Assembly (NCBI GenBank): GCA_002069125.1
Contig: MVZN01000001.1
Coordinates: 5,909-69,908, forward strand
Length of the DNA: 64,000 nt
DNA from: Spirochaetes bacterium ADurb.BinA120
Lineage (GTDB): Bacteria; Spirochaetota; UBA4802; UBA5368
Direction of reading: 5' to 3'
Shown: positions 58,142 to 64,000 of the stretch, in pieces
Layout: each line of letters opens with the position of its first letter
Position numbering within the stretch: the first letter of the stretch is position 1
The notes under the pieces: model-generated
Databases searched by the model: none
What the model saw: only the letters and a program-made list of their open reading frames with translations
Told to the model about the DNA's origin: nothing
Made by a program: the position numbers and the translations under genes

Positions 58142-60031
58142 CTATACAATGTCGGGAATGCTGATGCTGAAACGGGCGCCATGGTCGTTTTCGATACGAA
58201 TGGTGCCGTTTAGCTGTTCCAACATCATGCGCACGAGCTCCAGCCCGAAACCGGCGGTCCCGCCGTAAAGGACCGCCTCGGGGAGTCCGGGGCCGTCATC
58301 GTGTACGACGATCTCGACCGTATTTTTATTTCTCGAAGCCGAAAGGGTAATGCTCCCATTCGGCCTCCCTGTATAGGCGTATTTCATGGCATTTGTGAGG
58401 AGTTCGTTAATGATAATTCCTATCGGTATCAACTTGTCCGTATTCAAGGTAAAATCGTCTATTTGTTTTTCGGACGTTATGACCGCCGAGAGGGTGCTGG
58501 AGGTTATAATATCGTCCATCAGAGGTTCCAGATACCCGCGAAGCGATATGCTTCTATAGTCCGCCGATCGAAACAGCCTGTCGTAGACTATCATCATGCT
58601 GTTTATCCGCGATCGGGCGTCCCGCAGGGTGTCCGCGGCCGAGGCCGAATCGGTGCTGTTGGCCTGAAGGGAAAGCAGGCCCATCATGGTGTTCATGTTG
58701 TTTTTAACGCGGTGATGCACCTCCCTTAGAAGCAGCTCCTTCTCCTCCAGGAGGCGGCTTATCTCGATCGAGGATTCCATCTGGTTCACCACCTTCCAGG
58801 CGGAATCCATCAATATGGTAAGATGCTGCACGTCGCTTTCATCATAATCCGTCTCCTTGTTGCCCACCCCCACTACGGCGACGATTTTATCATTTACAAT
58901 TAGGGGAATCGTCAGGAAACGGGTAAGTTCTACATGGCCCTCCGGATACCCCTTTTTAAGGGGATGGGGATTCTGGAAATCGTTCACCATGATCGTCTTC
59001 CTCTGGCGCACCGCCTCTCCCCATATTCCGGTTCCATGGAGCGGATAGATCGTACTGGGGTTCTGTACGGTGCAGCTTTCCATGACCTCCTTAGACCAGG
59101 TGTTCAGCGTGAACAGTCTCTTCTCTTCGTCATAGAAATAGATATATCCGTATAAACTGGAGGTCAGGGCCAGGGCCTGTTTGAGGGCGTAGTCGAGGAA
59201 GTCCTTGACCGATTCGCTCCGATATTGTAGAATTTCCACCTGGCTTTGCATCCTTGCCGCATTGCGTTTCAACTCCTCCTCCATCTTCTTTTGAACGGAT
59301 ATGTCATGGATTATTGAGTACAGCAATTGTTTCCCCTTGAAGGGAATAGGGCCGGAATAAACCTCGACCTCCCGGATGTCGCCGGAGGCGCGCCTGTGGC
59401 GGAAAAAAAAGACGTTTCGCTTTTCTTTTTCCGCCATTTCCATCTCGCGCCGGGTTTCCTCCGGGGATAGGGCGTTTATATCGAATATCTTTTTGTTTCT
59501 GAGTTCGTCGAGGCTCCATCCATACCAGCGGGAGGCGGATTTGTTCGCGTCGATTATATCGCCGGTTTTCGGATCTACGAGCAGCATGATGGACTGGCTA
59601 TTCTCAAACAATGCGCGATAGCGCTCCTCGCTTTCTCCCAGCATCCTGTGAGATCTATATAAATCGAAAGCCGTCTCTATGGTTGAGCGCAAAGCGGGCC
59701 ACCCGCTGCCTTTGATGACATATCCGTAACCGGGTATTTCCCTGGTTTTTTCGTAGTTGTTCTCTTCAAAACGAGAGGCGAGGAATACTATAGGGGATTG
59801 GGTTTTTCGGGTTATTTCATGGGCTATTTGGATAAAGTCGACGCTGTTGTCCGAATCCGTATCCAAAAGGACCAGGCCAGCGTTCGTCTTGCTACGGATG
59901 ATTTCCATGGCCTCCTCGCCGTTTGCCGCAGCGAGAACGGAATAACCAAAACCCTCGAGGGCCCTTTTGGTCTCGAGCCTGTTTGAGCTATCGTTTTCTA
60001 TAAGAAGTATGGGCTTACGTTTTATCGTCAC
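58142..60031 (-). CDS. Hybrid signalling protein REC-PAS-GAF-histidine kinase (HWE/HisKA_2 type)
   Basis: N-terminal REC (ILLIEND...LLDTDSD). HisKA_2 H-box EVHHRVKNNM. Confidence 0.75.
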   Translation of the reverse strand: MTIKRKPILLIENDSSNRLETKRALEGFGYSVLAAANGEEAMEIIRSKTNAGLVLLDTDSDNSVDFIQIAHEITRKTQSPIVFLASRFEENNYEKTREIPGYGYVIKGSGWPALRSTIETAFDLYRSHRMLGESEERYRALFENSQSIMLLVDPKTGDIIDANKSASRWYGWSLDELRNKKIFDINALSPEETRREMEMAEKEKRNVFFFRHRRASGDIREVEVYSGPIPFKGKQLLYSIIHDISVQKKMEEELKRNAARMQSQVEILQYRSESVKDFLDYALKQALALTSSLYGYIYFYDEEKRLFTLNTWSKEVMESCTVQNPSTIYPLHGTGIWGEAVRQRKTIMVNDFQNPHPLKKGYPEGHVELTRFLTIPLIVNDKIVAVVGVGNKETDYDESDVQHLTILMDSAWKVVNQMESSIEISRLLEEKELLLREVHHRVKNNMNTMMGLLSLQANSTDSASAADTLRDARSRINSMMIVYDRLFRSADYRSISLRGYLEPLMDDIITSSTLSAVITSEKQIDDFTLNTDKLIPIGIIINELLTNAMKYAYTGRPNGSITLSASRNKNTVEIVVHDDGPGLPEAVLYGGTAGFGLELVRMMLEQLNGTIRIENDHGARFSISIPDIV

Positions 60032-60119
60032 GCTGTTTGCCTCGCTGGCGTTGTTGCCGATAGCGCCAGCTTCTAATCCTTACATCATCGTGAATGATTT
60101 GTCAAGGCCGGCCATGTTT

Positions 60120-60750
60120 TTCTTTTAACGCCCTCACCCCCGGCCCCCTCTCCCATTAAGCTCGGGAAAAAAGGAGAGGGGGAGTTCACGCGATGAGCTT
60201 GAGGTTTTTGGCTCAATTATGAGAGATTCTCACTCCAGGTATTCTACGAGCCTAATGCCCCCGGCGCGCTGCGCCACCCCCGGAGGGGGTTTTGCTGATG
60301 CCTATGGCCGAGCTTTGAACTTTGAACTGCTTAACGCCCTCACCCCCGGCCCCCTCTCCCATTAAGCTCGGGAAAAAAGGAGAGGGGGAGTCTCATGGTA
60401 GAATAAGTTTGAAATCGTAACCATAAAGCACCAGCTCACATACTTTCAACTTTTACCTTTGAACTTTCGACGGCCTTTCCTTTCGACTGCCTCTCCTCAA
60501 CTTCCAACTGCTTACCTCCTTCGCCCCCGGCGCGCTGCGCCACCCCCGGAGGGGGTTTTGCTGATGCCTATGGCCGAGCTTTGAACTTTGAACTGCTTAA
60601 CGCCCTCACCCCCGGCCCCCTCTCCCATTAAGCTCGGGAAAAAAGGAGAGGGGGAGTCTCATGGTAGAATAAGTTTGAAATCGTAACCATAAAGCACCAG
60701 CTCACATACTTTCAACTTTTACCTTTGAACTTTCGACGGCCTTTCCTCTG
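60120..60750. repeat. Composite repeat region: R3 hairpin (x3), R1 core (x2), heptamer tracts, and a near-perfect tandem duplication (period 276 bp)
   Basis: 60257-60490 and 60533-60746 are essentially identical over about 214 bp. R3 at 60124, 60336 and 60596. Confidence 0.85.
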
Positions 60751-60901
60751 AAAAATGTTACATTATGGATATAAAAAAAATACTGAAAGCATATTTAAAA
60801 TGGTTTTCAATTAATTTGAGCCCATATTTATATGACAGGCATGATACGCCCCCCTGTGGGTGATGCCGGTTGCGATAGAATGAGTGTCAGGAGAGAAAGA
60901 T

Positions 60902-62878
60902 ATGCCAAACATTGATTATTTCAACCTGCCCTGGAAGGACCAGTGGGAATGGGAGCGGACGAAACTTCCCACCGTTACGCAGAGATACGTAGAGAATTCC
61001 AAAACCTACGCCGCCAAGGACCTTCAGCGTTTCAACCCGGCCCTTTACAAGGGGGACGGCAACGGCACCATGACCTGGGGCGAGGCCTACGAGAGGGTCG
61101 AGAACTACGCCTGCGGCCTCATGAGCCTTGGCCTGAAAAAGCAGGAGATGGTGGCGATAATGTCGGCCAGCGGCCCTTACTGGACGCATGCAGACATGGC
61201 GCTAGCCTGCGCCAACGGTGTTAGCGTAGCGATATATCCAACGCTTTCTTTAAAAGAGGTCTCGTATATCGTCAACGACTCCGCGAGTAAATTCATCTTT
61301 TTAAGGGGCGCCGACGTACTGAAAATGGTCCTCTCCGGCATTGACCGGATGCCGAAGCTTGAAAAGATCATCGTGATGGACCGTGAATACAAGGGCCAGG
61401 ATTCAAGGGTCATCGGGATGGGCGAGCTTGAGAGGATGGGTGAGGAATGGAAAAAAACGAAGGCGAATTACGAAGCCTTTATCGTTAGGCGCGACGGGGT
61501 CGTTCTCGACGACATATACACCATTCTCTATACCTCCGGCACCACGGGACAGGGCAAGGGCGTGGTGCTTACGCATCATAACGCCTCTTCGAGGATGAAC
61601 GGGGTAAATGAATTTTTCAAGTATTGCGGTATGGACTTCAAAACTGAATACACCACCCTGTGTTTTCTGCCCCTTGCCCACATATTCGACAGGGGCTCGT
61701 GCCAGCTTGCCGCCATCTTCAACGGATGCACCATCTGCTACGCCGATTCGCCCGGAACCCTGGTGGCCGATTTACAGAAATACAACCCGCACTGGATAAA
61801 CTGCGTACCGCGTCTTTACGAAAAGATATACATCCAGCTCCAGCAGACTATGGGCGAGAGCGGGCTTAAGCGAAAACTCTTCGACTGGGCGCTGGGCGTC
61901 GGGGAACAGGTCTTTATGCGGCGTTATGATCCCGAAACCGACACCTATAACATGGGCCACGACTATGACGTAACGCGGGACCTGCCGCTTGGATTGAAAA
62001 TCAAATTCAGGATAGCCGACAAACTTTTCGCCAAGGTGCGCGCGCTGTTTGGGAGTAACTTTAAGCACTCCTTCTCCGCCAGCGCCTCAATATCGCCCGA
62101 GCTCCTAAGATTTTTCTATATAATCGGGATCAGGGTGAGCGAGGGATACGGTTCCACCGAGAGTTTCAACGCCTGCGCCAACATGCCTCTTCGGGCCTGC
62201 AGGCCCGGTTCCGTCGGTCTGGAATCAAACGGCAGCAGACTGCGCGTGTCCGAAATTGGAGAGCTCGAGCTGCGCGGCGCGGGCATCTTCAGGGAGTACT
62301 GGAACAAGCCCGAGGAGACCCGTTCCTCGTTTACGGAGGACGGATGGTTCAAGACGGGCGACAAGGTGGAGGTTGACCGATTCGGTTACTATAAGATAGT
62401 AGATCGCATCAAGGCGATCATCTGCCTTTCCAGCGGCAAGAACGTGGCGCCGGCGAAGATCGAAAGTCTGTTCGCCACCAGCCCCTACATTGACCAGGTG
62501 TTCACCATCGGCGACGAGCGTGCGGTGATCTCCATGCTCTTCGTCCCGAACCTTACATATTTCAAGGACAAGTTCGACCGGGAGGGCATTGGATACGATA
62601 AAAACGCCGTGGTGATAGACAGCTCGGCCGGAGCGCCCATTGTGGTCAAGGTGGGGCCCGACTTCATCGAGAAGGGGAACATACGCGGCCTCATCGCCGA
62701 GGAGATCGCAAAGGCCAACAGGGAGCTCGAGGGTTTCGAGCAGATCAAACAGCATACGGTGCTTTGCGAACGCTTTACCGAGCAGAACGGCATGCTGACC
62801 CCGACGCAGAAAGTGAAGAAAAGGGTGGTCCTCGATGTGTACTCCGGGGAGATAGAGAAGATGTATTCTCGGCCCTGA
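60902..62878 (+). CDS. Long-chain-fatty-acid--CoA ligase (AMP-binding)
   Basis: YTSGTTGQGKGVVLTHHN AMP-binding motif, YGSTE and GWFKTGD motifs. RBS CAGGAGAG. Confidence 0.85.
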   Translation: MPNIDYFNLPWKDQWEWERTKLPTVTQRYVENSKTYAAKDLQRFNPALYKGDGNGTMTWGEAYERVENYACGLMSLGLKKQEMVAIMSASGPYWTHADMALACANGVSVAIYPTLSLKEVSYIVNDSASKFIFLRGADVLKMVLSGIDRMPKLEKIIVMDREYKGQDSRVIGMGELERMGEEWKKTKANYEAFIVRRDGVVLDDIYTILYTSGTTGQGKGVVLTHHNASSRMNGVNEFFKYCGMDFKTEYTTLCFLPLAHIFDRGSCQLAAIFNGCTICYADSPGTLVADLQKYNPHWINCVPRLYEKIYIQLQQTMGESGLKRKLFDWALGVGEQVFMRRYDPETDTYNMGHDYDVTRDLPLGLKIKFRIADKLFAKVRALFGSNFKHSFSASASISPELLRFFYIIGIRVSEGYGSTESFNACANMPLRACRPGSVGLESNGSRLRVSEIGELELRGAGIFREYWNKPEETRSSFTEDGWFKTGDKVEVDRFGYYKIVDRIKAIICLSSGKNVAPAKIESLFATSPYIDQVFTIGDERAVISMLFVPNLTYFKDKFDREGIGYDKNAVVIDSSAGAPIVVKVGPDFIEKGNIRGLIAEEIAKANRELEGFEQIKQHTVLCERFTEQNGMLTPTQKVKKRVVLDVYSGEIEKMYSRP

Positions 62879-63084
62879 TGCGCAAAGTTATATCTTGCTA
62901 TACACCCGAACGGAAGGGATCGTCCCAAAAGTTACTTTTGGGAAGTCCCTCTCTTCAGTCGATGAAAGATATAACGGCCTTCGTTACTTTCGTGGGGCGA
63001 AAGACATCATGGAAGCGCCGCGCTTCGTTACGGGCTACGCCCTACTAAGCGTCTGCTTGGATAGTCTGTAGGTTTTTCCTAATA

Positions 63085-63390
63085 CTTACTCCAGGGGTGC
63101 GGAGACTAACGCCCCCGGCGCGCTGCGCCACCCCTAGAGGGGGTTTTGCTGATGCCTATGGCCGGTTGGATTATTTACGGATAGGCCATATATGCTCGTC
63201 GTGCAAAAGTTAGGGGTTACAACCCCTTGTTCTCTGAAGATATTAGCCTGATTCCACGAAGAATCCCCTTATTACAGAGTTAGGGGCTGTAGCCCCTTGT
63301 GGACGATGACCTATTCAAACTTTGACCTTTGACCTTTGACCTTTGACCTTTGAACTTTGAACTTTCAACTTTCGACTTTCGACTGTTTCC
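63085..63390. repeat. Composite repeat locus: R1 (forward) - R2 (reverse) - 7-bp microsatellite (CTTTGAC x5, AACTTTG/C)
   Basis: Mirror image of the 26806-27320 locus architecture. Confidence 0.85.
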
Positions 63391-63614
63391 CTTTCGCCTG
63401 CTTATCATCTTCCCGCAAGCGAGCCATGCTTCTGTGGGGTTGCTTGTTTTTAATCAGCCTCTGTCTCGTTTTAATGCTCTCGGATGACGAAATGGCGTAA
63501 ATGGATTGACATCGCCGAGAAAGACGGCAATATCGATGACAAATGCGGCCCTGCGGCGGGGCGTATCTCAGGATTTATCGGGCGCAATCCTTTGCTGGGA
63601 GAATGGTGGAAGCA

Positions 63615-64000
63615 ATGGGCGGAAAGCCAAAATTGTGGCCGGCTTCGATTGGCGGCAGGGTGGACCAGATCGGCATAGTGGTACGCGACGCGGAAAAGGC
63701 CATGCTGCGCTACACCCAGGCTCTCGGTGTGCGGTGCTGGTACAGGGCCGAGAGCTCCGGCGAGATGCGGGTCGTTTCGCGCGGCAAGGAGCTTGTTCTC
63801 GACATCGACATCCATCTTGGTTATATAGGCCGCGTTCAACTGGAGATCATAGAGAGCAGGGCGGGGTCGGGCGGCATTTACGCCGAACATCTCGAAGCAA
63901 GAGGCGAAGGACTGCATCATGTGGGCTTTTTCGTGTCCAATCTGGATAAAAAGCTAAGGGCGCTGCGTGCGATAGGGATCGAGCCGGCGCAGAGCGGCGA
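63615..64000 (+). CDS. Partial CDS (runs off the right edge): VOC/glyoxalase-family protein (methylmalonyl-CoA-epimerase-like)
   Basis: ATG at 63615. ...IDQIGIVVRDAEKAMLRYTQALGV...HHVGFFVSNLD. No stop before the window end. Confidence 0.55.
   Translation, partial: MGGKPKLWPASIGGRVDQIGIVVRDAEKAMLRYTQALGVRCWYRAESSGEMRVVSRGKELVLDIDIHLGYIGRVQLEIIESRAGSGGIYAEHLEARGEGLHHVGFFVSNLDKKLRALRAIGIEPAQSG

Overview
This is a GC-rich (about 60%) bacterial chromosomal segment with a gene content typical of an anaerobe, carrying about 50 protein-coding genes on both strands. I found no rRNA or tRNA genes, no transposases or integrases, and no CRISPR array. The window opens inside a leftward-reading gene whose N-terminus carries the Cas3 HD-nuclease motif (LLHDLGK...FQ). 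An about 800-bp AT-rich non-coding island precedes it. Housekeeping and metabolic genes include a four-subunit 2-oxoacid:ferredoxin oxidoreductase (KorDABC-like) plus an ACT-domain protein, ilvD-panE, ilvE, fba, glpK, type III glutamine synthetase, rsmA, rsgA, engB and rimI. Signal-transduction genes are abundant: two hybrid histidine kinases, a REC-HATPase protein, an MCP, PilZ, MshEN and a 7TMR-DISM-PP2C receptor. The most unusual feature is non-coding: a family of mosaic intergenic repeats. It combines a GC-rich double-hairpin unit (R1, core CCCCCGGCGCKCTGCGCCACCCCCGGAGGGGG) linked to 7-bp AACTTT[C/G] microsatellite tracts, a roughly 100-bp companion element (R2), and a long-stem hairpin element (R3). 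The family occurs at seven intergenic loci. Two loci are 4-unit tandem arrays, two are composite loci with mirrored architecture, and one is a 276-bp-period tandem duplication. Other items worth a second look are an orphan glycyl radical enzyme with no activase nearby; a 2-hydroxyacyl-CoA dehydratase-like pair with a CoA ligase under an IclR regulator, also without an activator; a hydantoinase-like gene overlapping an HDAC-like gene; an 816-aa radical SAM/DUF2344 fusion overlapping rsmA; and a NAD-kinase-like fragment interrupted by an in-frame TAA. I worked from the sequence and the ORF track only, so all homology calls are from memory of family motifs. Coordinates of internal starts are derived from the ORF track and may be off by a few nucleotides.
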